Assembly (NCBI GenBank): GCA_963821525.1
Contig: CAWGED010000004.1
Span: 128,001-192,000 of the forward strand
Direction: 5' to 3'
Length of the DNA: 64,000 bases
DNA from: an uncultured Gemmatimonadales bacterium
GTDB taxonomy: Bacteria > Gemmatimonadota > Gemmatimonadetes > Gemmatimonadales > GWC2-71-9
Shown here: positions 19,048 through 27,973 of the stretch, one piece after another
How positions within the stretch are numbered: position 1 is the stretch's first letter
How the letters are laid out: each line of letters starts with the position of its first letter
Translations under genes and position numbers: made by a program
The notes under the pieces: model-generated
Seen by the model: only the letters and a program-made list of their open reading frames with translations
What the model was told of the DNA's origin: nothing
The model's database searches: none

Positions 19048-19562
19048 TTGGGGAGGGTAAGTCGGGCCGCCGCCCAGCGCTCAGGCTCCTTGTCGCTCCG
19101 GATCAGGACTCCCAGGTCCACCGCGATGAGCTTGCCTTTCCTGCTCACGGCGTAGCGGTCCATGTTGCGGGTCGCCTTGCCGCTCATGAAGGTGCCGTCG
19201 GGCTGATACTTCGATTTGTGCTTGGGGCACTGGAACCGGGAATCGTCACCCAGCCAGCGGAGCGCGGTATTCTGGTGCGGGCAGGAGAGCGCGAAGGCAT
19301 ACACCGCTCCCGCGTAGCGGACCAGGATGACCTCGTTGTCCTTGTCGATAACCGCGCCGTCGGCAGGAGGAACCGCATAGCTGCGTTCGTTGCCCCAGAT
19401 GCGAATGGCTGCCCCGGCCCGGATGGGAATCGCCAGCGCATCGAGCGGTGCCGCCGCGATCGTCACCAGGGCGGCTGCCACCGTTGCCAGCGAATCCTTG
19501 AGGAAATCCCGCCGCCCTTCGGGAGGGCAGCCGTCGCACCACGAAGAAGCGAAGTCGCTCAT
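19044..19562 (-). CDS. Rieske [2Fe-2S] protein with Tat-like signal
   Basis: RRDFLK; CPHQ...FQCPKHKSKY..DG. Confidence 0.9.
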   Translation of the reverse strand: MSDFASSWCDGCPPEGRRDFLKDSLATVAAALVTIAAAPLDALAIPIRAGAAIRIWGNERSYAVPPADGAVIDKDNEVILVRYAGAVYAFALSCPHQNTALRWLGDDSRFQCPKHKSKYQPDGTFMSGKATRNMDRYAVSRKGKLIAVDLGVLIRSDKEPERWAAARLTLPK

Positions 19563-20056
19563 GCGATGCTGAGCAGAGTGCCCGCAAGTAACACGGCAAA
19601 CCACAGGACGAGACTCGCCGTCGCCGCGAGCTGGAGTCTGCCCCAGAGCCTCGGCGCAATGCCACCGTCGCGCCGCAGGTGCTGCGAGATTCGGGTCATG
19701 AACCACCCATTGATGAGCAGGAGAAGCAGCAAACTCATCTTGAGCCAGAACCAGGGAGATCGCGCCAGGTTGTCGAGATCGGCCGCCAACATCAGCACAC
19801 CGCTGATGCTGGTTACGGCCAGCGCGGCGATCACCGTGCGATGCGCCCCAGAGATGTCGTCGATCCGCCGCAGCCGGCCAGAACCGGCCTGCCGGCAAGC
19901 CTGAAGGACGCCCCGGTCGGCTGTTACGGCCGACCCTCCTGCGACCATCATGCCGCCAAAGTGTCCAAAAGCTATAAGGGCTTGGGTAATGGTGCTGTCG
20001 TTATAGAATGATGCCCAAGGTGCTGCCGCAGCAGCGAGATGTCCCAAGATAGACAT
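19559..20056 (-). CDS. Four-TM membrane protein (DUF2214/DUF6644-like)
   Basis: GHFGG, SGVLML, FWLKMSLL.LLLING, SLVLWF. Confidence 0.7.
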   Translation of the reverse strand: MSILGHLAAAAAPWASFYNDSTITQALIAFGHFGGMMVAGGSAVTADRGVLQACRQAGSGRLRRIDDISGAHRTVIAALAVTSISGVLMLAADLDNLARSPWFWLKMSLLLLLLINGWFMTRISQHLRRDGGIAPRLWGRLQLAATASLVLWFAVLLAGTLLSIA

Positions 20057-20132
20057 GCGCGCCTCTCCCTGGCATAACTGCTTAATTGGACAGGATTTTG
20101 ACAGAAGCTACTGACGTGGGAGACGGGCAGAC

Positions 20133-20148
20133 TGTGAGCTAGATCACA
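20133..20148. promoter_or_regulatory. CRP/FNR-family binding site 1
   Basis: TGTGA-gctaga-TCACA. Confidence 0.8.
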
Positions 20149-20168
20149 TATTCTGACGGATGTCGAAT

Positions 20169-20184
20169 TGTGACCTAGATCACA
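20169..20184. promoter_or_regulatory. CRP/FNR-family binding site 2
   Basis: TGTGA-cctaga-TCACA. Confidence 0.8.
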
Positions 20185-20199
20185 GATTGAGGAGGGATT

Positions 20200-20535
20200 T
20201 TAGGCCGGTTCCACCACGACTGCGGTGCCGTAACACAGGACTTCCGTGGTCCCCTGCATGACTTCCGCCGCGTCATACCGGACCCCGATAACCGCATTGG
20301 CGCCCAGCTCTTCGGCGTGTTGAACCATGATCTGAAAGGCCTCTTCCCGGGCGTGCTCGCAGAGCTCGGTGAAGAGCGAGATGTTCCCGCCCACCAGCGT
20401 CTGCAGCGTTGCCCCGATGGTCCCGAAGACCGACCGGGAACGCACGGTGATCCCCCGGACCACCCCGAAATTCTGGATGATCCGGTAGCCGTCGAGCTGG
20501 AAGGCGGTGGTGGTGAAGGTCAAGCTCAACGCCAC
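20200..20535 (-). CDS. ybjQ: YbjQ/UPF0145 family protein (start uncertain)
   Basis: GVVRGITVRSR, AREEAF..M...AEELGANAVIGVRYD, EVLCYGTAV. Confidence 0.85.
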   Translation of the reverse strand: MALSLTFTTTAFQLDGYRIIQNFGVVRGITVRSRSVFGTIGATLQTLVGGNISLFTELCEHAREEAFQIMVQHAEELGANAVIGVRYDAAEVMQGTTEVLCYGTAVVVEPA

Positions 20536-20603
20536 CTGGCCACCCCGCGCTCTGATTGCCTTCGGATTTTCACCTCCCACTTGTCACCTCCCAAGTTGCC
20601 GCC

Positions 20604-22654
20604 TCACTCGTCCCCATTCTCCTTCCCATCCCTCTTGTTCTCCGACGCCACCTTGGCCGACACCTCGGGTGGGGCCTCCGCATATCCGTGATGCTCGAGA
20701 TGGAAGGTGCCGCGGCCATGGGTAATCGAGTGCAGCGTCGTCGCGTACTTGTAAAGCTCCGCTTCGGGCACGATCGCCTTGATCCGGGTGAGCCGACCCT
20801 CGGTATCGGTCCCCAGAATCTGGCCGCGCCGTGAACTGAGATCGCCCATCACGTCGCCCAGGATTTCTGCCGGGGTCCAGACCGTGACGTCCAGCAGCGG
20901 CTCCAGCAGCACTGGCCGGCACCTCGGTGCGACGTTCCTGAAGGCGAGGATGCCCGCCATCTTGAACGACATTTCGTTCGAGTCGACGTCGTGGTACGAC
21001 CCGTCGTAGCATTCGGCCTGGAAATCCACCATCGGATAGCCGGCCACGACGCCACGCACCGCCGATTCCTGAATCCCGCGATCCACCGCCGGGATGTAGT
21101 GGTTGGGAATGACCCCCCCCACGATGCTGTCGACGAACTTGTAGCCGCTCCCGCGGGGCAGCGGGGAGAAACGGATCCAGCAGTCACCGTATTGTCCGCG
21201 CCCGCCGCTCTGTTTCTTGTGCTTGCCCTGACCCTCGCCTTTTCCCTTGAGCGTCTCCCGATACGCCACCCGCGGCCGGGCCAGCTCGGCGTGAACGCCG
21301 AACTTCCGTTGCAGCCGGCCCAGGAGGATCTCGAAGTGGCGCTCTCCCATCCCGTGAATCAGCGTCTGCCCCAGCTCCGAGCTGTACTCGAAGTGGAAGG
21401 TCGGATCTTCCTCGTGGAGCTTGTGGAGTCCCGCGGCGAGCTTGTCCTCTTCGCCCCGCTGCTTCACGACGACGGCGGAGGTCGCCACGGCCTCGGGAAA
21501 CGGGATTGGAGGCAACCGCAGGGCAGACTCCCGGCGACAGAAGGTGTCGTTGGTGTGGGTGTCGCGGAGCTTCGCCACGGATCCGATGTCTCCCGCCGCA
21601 AGCTCGGCAACCTCGAACCGTTCCTTGCCCTGCTGCACCGAGAGGTGATTGAGCTTCTCGGCCACGTCGTGCTCCGCGTTCCACACCTCGTCCCCGTTCC
21701 GGAGCGTGCCGGCGTAGAGCCGAAAGAGGGTGACATCGCCGACGTGCGGCTCGGAAATGGTCTTGAAGACGTGCCCGATCAGCGGGCCCTCGGCCGGGGC
21801 TGGAATCTCGGCCGGCGAGGGCAGCAGCTCGACCATCTTGTTCAGCAGGGCGCGCATGCCGTAGGTCAGCTCCGCGCTGCCGCAGAAGAGCGGCACGATC
21901 TCGCCCCGCAGCATCGCCTGCTTCATGCGCCGAGTACTTCCTCCCGCGGGATTTCCTCTCCGCCCAGGTAGCGCTCGAGCAGGGCGTCGTCGCTGGAGGC
22001 GACAGCCTCGATCAGCTGCTGGTCGTAGTGGGAGAACTGCTCCTTGTATTCCTCGGGGAGCGGCGATTCGTCGTACTCGCCGGTCTTGGTGCCCTTCTTG
22101 TAGATGTGGGTCTTTCCCGAAAACAGGTTCACGACTCCGTGGAACTCCGGACCCTCGCCCAACGGGATCTCGACCGGAACCACCTTGGGGGAGAGATGGT
22201 CCTTGATGTCGTGGAAGACCCGCTCGAAATTGGCGTGCTCCTTGTCCATCTGGGACACGAAGATGATCCGGGGCAGGTGCAGCCGGTCGCAGACTTCCCA
22301 GACCTTCTCGGTTCCCACCTCGACGCCGCCGGTGGCGCTGATCACCACCACGGCCGAATCCGCGGTGTGGAGCCCGGTGACCGCCTCGCCGAAGAAATCC
22401 AGGTATCCGGGAGTGTCAATCAGGTTGAGCTTCGCATCCATCCACTCGGCATAGGCTACGCCGAGGCCGATGGAGTGCTTGCGTTCGATTTCGTCGGGGG
22501 TGTAGTCGGTGAGCGTCGTACCGTCTTTGATCGAACCGTGGCGCCGGCTGGAGCCGGAGACGAAGGCGAGAGCATCAACCAGGGTGGTTTTGCCGCTCGC
22601 GCCGTGGCCGACGAAGGCCACGTTTCGGATGGCGTTCGAGCCATAGACCTTCAT
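20604..22654 (-). CDS. fusA: Elongation factor G-like GTPase (EF-G2 type; frameshift near 21925)
   Basis: GHGASGKTT, NLIDTPG, GMGERH, HKKQSGGRGQYG, DGSYHDVDS, LLEP. Confidence 0.9.
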
Positions 22655-22687
22655 AGGTCTGGGCCTCCTTCTGTTAGTGGAAAGGGG

Positions 22688-22716
22688 ATACTGCGGACGC
22701 GGGAGGGAGTTGTCAA
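22688..22716 (-). promoter_or_regulatory. Candidate sigma70 promoter of the EF-G-like gene
   Basis: TTGACA-N17-CAGTAT on the minus strand. Confidence 0.45.
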
Positions 22717-22719
22717 ATG

Positions 22720-22809
22720 CGTGGGTCGTGGGCCTTGGGTCGTGAGTCTTGGGCAGATCCTCTGCGCGTCCAACCGTCTCTGACTCATGACCCACGACCC
22801 ATGACCCAC
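22720..22809. repeat. Inverted pair of heptamer arrays (CGTGGGT)n ... (YGACCCA)n
   Basis: Direct reading; the arms are complementary. Confidence 0.8.
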
Positions 22810-22884
22810 CTCGCGTCGAATTGGTACCATCCCGTCAACAAATGGTGGCGACCCGGGACCACCTTGGTCCTATGCGTGGCCACC

Positions 22885-23202
22885 ATGCAGTTCGTCGCCG
22901 AGAGAATCCTCCCTGCCTATCTGGATGCGCTGGACCGTGCCCTGGAGGACGCGGTGGCTCGGCTGCCCGAGGGCGCCCTGAGAGCTACTCTGATGCGGCT
23001 TCGTCGTCGGAGTGGGCGGGAGGGAGCGTGGGACCGTTTCGGGGCGTTACACCGGCTCGCCATCCTCGGCGAGGCTCAGGGCTGGCTTCGTCCGGAGGAA
23101 GCCATCGTCATCAGGAAACTGGCCTACCGCGTGGCCTTCCTCACAATGAGGGCTGACACTAGCCGTCAGCCGTCAGCCTTCAGCGATGGGGAACACCGCT
23201 AG
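22885..23202 (+). CDS. Small all-helical hypothetical protein (possibly four-helix-bundle-like)
   Basis: Open frame fills the gap; amphipathic pattern; start uncertain. Confidence 0.45.
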   Translation: MQFVAERILPAYLDALDRALEDAVARLPEGALRATLMRLRRRSGREGAWDRFGALHRLAILGEAQGWLRPEEAIVIRKLAYRVAFLTMRADTSRQPSAFSDGEHR

Positions 23203-23310
23203 CCCTAAGGCTTATGGCTTACGGCTTACGCCTTACGGCTTACGGCTTACGGCTTACGGCTAACAGCTAACAGCTAACAGCTAACGGCTGACGGCTGACC
23301 GCTGACGGCT
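23159..23310. repeat. 15-unit drifting heptamer array with an upstream inverted arm
   Basis: CCTAAGG, CTTATGG, CTTACGG-type x6, CTAACAG x3, CTAACGG, CTGACGG-type x3; upstream (AGCCGTC)n is complementary. Confidence 0.9.
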
Positions 23311-25208
23311 CATCTGTACCCCGCCGCCTGAAGCCCGAACAACTCCGAGTAGAGGCCCTTGGTATCCAACAGCTCAGCGTGGGTCCCCTGCTCCACCAGC
23401 TCGCCGTCCTTGAGCACCAGGATACGATCCGCCATGCGGACCGTGCTGAAACGGTGGCTGATCAGCACCGCCATGCGGCCATGGGTCAGCTCGGAGAAGC
23501 GGAGGAAGACCTGGTATTCGGCGCGCGCATCGAGGGCGGCCGTGGGCTCGTCGAGGATCAGGAGCTGGGCATCTCGCAGGTAGGCACGGGCCAGGGCCAG
23601 CTTTTGCCATTCGCCCCCCGAGAGGTCGGCCCCGCCTTCGAACCGCTTCCCCAGTAACTGCTCATATCCGTCCTTGAAGCGGGCGATCACGCTGTCGGCC
23701 AGACTCCTGCTTGCCGCCACCTCGAGCGCCGGTTGGTCGTCCCGCCGGCCTATGTCGCCGACGGCGATGTTCTCCCGGATGGGAAAGTCGTAGCGGACGA
23801 AGTCCTGAAAAATCACGCCGACATTGCGTCTCAGGCTCTCGATGTCGTATTCCCGCAGATCTCGACCGTCGAGCAGGATGCGTCCTTCGCTGGGGTCGTA
23901 GAGGCGAGCGAGGAGTTTGGCGAGGGTGGTCTTGCCCGCACCGTTCTCTCCCACCAGGGCCAGTCGCTCGCCGGGCTTGAGCACGAAGTTGAGTCCCCGT
24001 ACGGCCCAACGCTCCGAGCCGGGGTAGCGGAACCCGATATTCTCGAACTGGAACCCGAGCCGAATGGGAGATGGTACCACGACCGCGCCAGGCGTACGGC
24101 GGATCCGGGGCTCGAGATCGAAGAACGAGAACAGATCTTCCAGATAGAGCGCCTGCTCGAAGAGCTGGGCCAGCGACAGCAGAAACCGCTGGATCAAGTC
24201 CCGGCTCTGCCGGAAGGAAGCGGCGAGGAAGGTCAGCACCCCAAGGGTAAAGGGCCCGGCGGGCGACTGATGCCGGGTTACGGTGAGATAGATGATCGCG
24301 ACATACGCCCCGTAGTACCCGACCGAGCCGACCAGGGCGAGAAGTGAGGAGACCACCGCGCGGCGAATCGCCAGTTGGCGGTTGGCCTCGTAGAACTCGT
24401 CGGAGAGCTGGGCGTACTGCCCTACCAGATAGTCGGAGAGGCCAAAAAGCTTCACTTCCTTGGCGGAGACATCGCTGGCGCCTATGTAGCGCAGGTAGTC
24501 GAGCTGGCGTCGTTCCTGGGTCCAGGAAAAGAGCAGCGAGTAGCCGAGCGCGGCGTAACGAGTCTCGCCGAGGAACGAAGGCAGAACTGCGAGGGCGAGG
24601 AGCAACAGCAGCCAGGGGACGTAGACCGTGATCGCAATGGCCAGCGATACGAGGGTGATCAGGTCCTGGAGGCTGGCGAGTATGCCGGTAAAGAGGCCGA
24701 TCCGCCCTACCGTCTGCCGGCGAGCTCGCTCCAGCTTGTCGTACACCTCGGCGTCCTCCAGCTGCTGGAGATCGAGTGATGCCGCGTGCTGCATCAGTTG
24801 AACGCTGGTGCGGTTGGCGAACAGGTCGCCCAGCAGACTCTCCAGGAGGGACGAGGTACGGGCAAGGATTTCGCCCACGATTGCGATGCCGAACTCGACA
24901 GCCACGAGCAGGAGCAGGTGCCGGTAGGCCTGAATGTCTGAGGCGGCGACTCCCGGCTCCCCCAACACGCGTACTACTTCATCGATGATGAGCTTCCCGA
25001 TCCATAGCGTCGCGATTGGAATCCCCGCCCGGAGCGCCCGGAGCCCCACAATGAGGACGCTGTAGAGGCGGTTGGTCTCCCAAACCAGCCGGAAGAATTC
25101 CGGGAGATGGCGGGTGGCTCGCATCCGCTCCCGCCAACTCGGTGCTTCCTGGATGAGCTTGGGCGGGCGGCGGGGCCGGTTGCTGGCAGGGCCTCCGGGG
25201 AAGGTCAT
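23310..25208 (-). CDS. ABC exporter, fused permease/ATPase
   Basis: GENGAGKTT, LSGGEWQK, LILDEPT, ISHRFSTV. Confidence 0.95.
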   Translation of the reverse strand: MTFPGGPASNRPRRPPKLIQEAPSWRERMRATRHLPEFFRLVWETNRLYSVLIVGLRALRAGIPIATLWIGKLIIDEVVRVLGEPGVAASDIQAYRHLLLLVAVEFGIAIVGEILARTSSLLESLLGDLFANRTSVQLMQHAASLDLQQLEDAEVYDKLERARRQTVGRIGLFTGILASLQDLITLVSLAIAITVYVPWLLLLLALAVLPSFLGETRYAALGYSLLFSWTQERRQLDYLRYIGASDVSAKEVKLFGLSDYLVGQYAQLSDEFYEANRQLAIRRAVVSSLLALVGSVGYYGAYVAIIYLTVTRHQSPAGPFTLGVLTFLAASFRQSRDLIQRFLLSLAQLFEQALYLEDLFSFFDLEPRIRRTPGAVVVPSPIRLGFQFENIGFRYPGSERWAVRGLNFVLKPGERLALVGENGAGKTTLAKLLARLYDPSEGRILLDGRDLREYDIESLRRNVGVIFQDFVRYDFPIRENIAVGDIGRRDDQPALEVAASRSLADSVIARFKDGYEQLLGKRFEGGADLSGGEWQKLALARAYLRDAQLLILDEPTAALDARAEYQVFLRFSELTHGRMAVLISHRFSTVRMADRILVLKDGELVEQGTHAELLDTKGLYSELFGLQAAGYR

Positions 25209-25215
25209 GATAGAA

Positions 25216-25316
25216 AGTACCTAGTACCGAGTACCGAGTACCTAGTCATCCGGCTAGGCCCACTGCAGAGAGTGGATCGAGCCTCTCGGTACTAGGTACT
25301 AGGTACTCGGTACTAG
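25216..25316. repeat. Inverted pair of (AGTACCK)n / (ACTMGGT)n heptamer arrays between divergent genes
   Basis: About 26-bp complementary arms with one mismatch. Confidence 0.85.
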
Positions 25317-25324
25317 ATTGGGAT

Positions 25325-26026
25325 ATGCCCACAGCATTAATCACCGGCGCCACCGAAGGAATCGGTCGCGCGATTTGTTTTTGCCTGGGGAAGGCCGGCT
25401 ACAAGATCGCCGCCTGCGCCAGGACTCCCTCACGGCTTCGTGCTCTCAAGGATGGTCTCGAAGAGGCAGGCATCTCCGTCGCCGTCCACCCGGCGGATGT
25501 CGGAGTCGAAGCCGACGTGAAGACCGCCGTATCGATGCTGGTCAAGGAACTGGGAACGATCGATGTCCTGGTAAACAATGCCGGCGTCGCACTGCTCAAG
25601 CCGTTCGAACAGCTGACGGTCGAAGACTGGGATACCACAATGGCGACCAACCTGCGGAGCCTCTACCTGATGACCCGCGAGGTGCTGCCCGCCATGCGCG
25701 CGGGTAAACGGGGCGCCATTGTCAACATCGCGAGCCTGGCCGGCCGCAACGGCTTTGTCGGCGGGTCCGCCTACACTGCCTCCAAGCATGCCGTACTCGG
25801 CTTCGCAAAATCGCTGATGCTGGAGGTACGGAAGGACAACGTTCGCGTGATCACTATCTGCCCCGGCTCGGTCGATACCTCGCTCATCCGAACCCAGGGG
25901 ATGCTGTCACCCAACATCGACCGCATTCTCCAGCCCGAGGACATTGCCGACACCGTTCTGGCGGCCCTGGCCCTGCCGGAGCGCGCTCTGGTGTCGGAGC
26001 TGGATGTGCGGCCCACTAATCCGTAG
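25325..26026 (+). CDS. SDR family oxidoreductase
   Basis: TGATEGIG, NNAG, YTASK. Confidence 0.95.
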   Translation: MPTALITGATEGIGRAICFCLGKAGYKIAACARTPSRLRALKDGLEEAGISVAVHPADVGVEADVKTAVSMLVKELGTIDVLVNNAGVALLKPFEQLTVEDWDTTMATNLRSLYLMTREVLPAMRAGKRGAIVNIASLAGRNGFVGGSAYTASKHAVLGFAKSLMLEVRKDNVRVITICPGSVDTSLIRTQGMLSPNIDRILQPEDIADTVLAALALPERALVSELDVRPTNP

Positions 26027-26030
26027 TGGG

Positions 26031-26124
26031 GAGTCTGGAGTCGTTAGTCGAAAGTCCAGAGTCGGCGGTCACTGATACCCTCTCGACCCTCGACTCTAGA
26101 CTCTAGACTCCGGACTATCGACTC
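26031..26124. repeat. Inverted pair of degenerate heptamer arrays (AGTCNNN)n / (GACTCTA)n
   Basis: Direct reading; related units at about 26350-26372. Confidence 0.7.
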
Positions 26125-26328
26125 ATGCACCCGATCCTCATCGCCACCTGCATCTGCCGCCAAATGCCCTTCGCCAAGCTTCTCCCGTTGGCGAGGGAGC
26201 ACGGATGGACCCTTCAGGACGTGATGCGGGAAACCGGGTGCGGCGACGGCTGTGGCCTCTGTCGCCCCTACCTGAGGAGAATGCTCAGAACGGGTGAGAC
26301 TCAGTTTACGGAGCTGCTGACCGAGTAG
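26125..26328 (+). CDS. BFD-like [2Fe-2S] small protein
   Basis: CIC...TGCGDGCGLCRPYL. Confidence 0.8.
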   Translation: MHPILIATCICRQMPFAKLLPLAREHGWTLQDVMRETGCGDGCGLCRPYLRRMLRTGETQFTELLTE

Positions 26329-26395
26329 CCGGGTAGAACAATCCTCCCACGACCGACCATCGACTATCGACCCCTCGCCCCATAACATTGAGTCC

Positions 26396-27973
26396 ATGAC
26401 CCTCCCTGGGGGGCCTACTCCCCCCAAGTCCATCTGGCAGCGCCTCTACAGCACCCGACCGATCACCGCCGCAGCCGTGATCATTGGATGGGTCGGGGTC
26501 TACCTCATCTACCAACAACACTGGACCGGTATTCTCCTCTGCCTCGTGGCCAGTGCCCTGGCACTCATCGCACTGAGACGGGGGCGACGGATCGCGCTGG
26601 AGCAGCGGCGACGGCTTCAACTCGCCCTGGACCGAGCCGCCGCACGCAATCGCGAGCTGGAGGGCCTGCGCCACCTTGCCGCAACCCTTCTTGGATCGAG
26701 CGACGACGTCAACTACCTCTTCCGCGAAATTGCCAAGGCGGCGACCCAGCTGCTTGAAGCCGAAGGCAGCGTGATCACCCTCGTGGTCGAAGAGGGGCGC
26801 TTCCTCAAGGCGGTCGCGACCGACGGGTTCCTGGAAGGCGCCGCCGGCATCCTGATCCCGGCGGACCATTCGTTGACCGGCTGGGTCGTCACCCACGACC
26901 AAGCGCTCCTGAGCGATGACATGCAGGCCGATCCGAGGAGTTACGACGTGGAGGGGTTGACCTCCCGGATGAAAAGCGCGGCGATCGTCCCGCTCCGGTC
27001 GAGCGGCCTCGCGATCGGAACCGTGAGCGTACACAACCGCCGCGACGGCCGCCCCTTCGGCGAGAACGACCTGGAGCTGCTCAAGACCCTGGGAGACCAG
27101 GTCGTCGTCGGAGTGGATCGAGCCCAGATGCTGGACGAGGCTCGCCGCAACCATAGCGCCTTGGAGGACAAGAACCGGGAGCTGCAGCGATCAACCGACC
27201 TGAAGAGCCAGTTCCTCGCCAATATGTCTCACGAGCTCCGCACCCCGCTAAATGCCATCAACGGTTTTTCCGATTTGATGCTGACCGAGGAGATGGGGCC
27301 GATCAACGAGCTGCAGCGGGAGTTCCTCGCCTCCATTCTCCGCAACGGCAAACATCTTCTCGGCCTGATCAACTCGGTGCTGGATCTCTCCAAGATCGAA
27401 GCCGGCCGGATGACGCTGAACCTCGCACCGACTGATTTGCACGCGGCAATCCAGGGAGTAGTGACCGACACGGCCCCCCTCCGCACCAGCAAGGACCAGG
27501 AAGTCCGGGTGGAGGCCGGATCGACGCCGGTGACGATCCTTGCCGACGGCACGAGGCTGAGGCAGATCCTCTTCAACCTGCTCTCCAACGCTTCGAAGTT
27601 CACCCCGGACAGGGGCAGCGTCAGCATTTCCGCCGTCTCCACCCGGGCGCCCCTCCCCATTTCCACTGACAATGACGAGAAACCCCGCCTGGTATCCCGT
27701 GAGGCGGTGTGGGTGTCGGTGAGCGATACCGGAATAGGGATCAAGCCGGAAGACATGCCCAGGCTGTTCCACGAATTCAGCCAGGTGGATACGTCACACA
27801 GCCGGGCTCAGCAGGGTACCGGACTGGGATTGGTGCTATCGAAAAAATTTGTCGAGATGCACGGAGGCACGATCGGTGCCGAGTCGGTTTACGGGCGGGG
27901 GACTACCCTGTGGTTCATCCTGCCGGTGGAAGGCCCGCTGCATCGGACGGGGACGAGGGTCGCAGGAGACTGA
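26396..27973 (+). CDS. Membrane GAF sensor histidine kinase
   Basis: Two TM segments, GAF, ANMSHELRTPL, NLLSNASKFT, DTGIGI, GTGLGL. Confidence 0.95.
   Translation: MTLPGGPTPPKSIWQRLYSTRPITAAAVIIGWVGVYLIYQQHWTGILLCLVASALALIALRRGRRIALEQRRRLQLALDRAAARNRELEGLRHLAATLLGSSDDVNYLFREIAKAATQLLEAEGSVITLVVEEGRFLKAVATDGFLEGAAGILIPADHSLTGWVVTHDQALLSDDMQADPRSYDVEGLTSRMKSAAIVPLRSSGLAIGTVSVHNRRDGRPFGENDLELLKTLGDQVVVGVDRAQMLDEARRNHSALEDKNRELQRSTDLKSQFLANMSHELRTPLNAINGFSDLMLTEEMGPINELQREFLASILRNGKHLLGLINSVLDLSKIEAGRMTLNLAPTDLHAAIQGVVTDTAPLRTSKDQEVRVEAGSTPVTILADGTRLRQILFNLLSNASKFTPDRGSVSISAVSTRAPLPISTDNDEKPRLVSREAVWVSVSDTGIGIKPEDMPRLFHEFSQVDTSHSRAQQGTGLGLVLSKKFVEMHGGTIGAESVYGRGTTLWFILPVEGPLHRTGTRVAGD

Noticed and set aside
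21923..21926. Split EF-G with an ATGA overlap, or programmed frameshift
   Set aside because: The break lies within the G domain region, one added base fuses the halves, there is no slippery site, and indels are common in this window.
8285..26372. Short repeat arrays as CRISPR
   Set aside because: Units are 7-8 nt in tandem with no unique spacers, and there are no cas genes.
27915..27973. Convergent 3' overlap of the kinase and FAD-subunit genes (also 56372-56403 and 48400-48410)
   Set aside because: Short tail overlaps are common in GC-rich genomes and may be inflated by indels; there is no evidence of antisense function.
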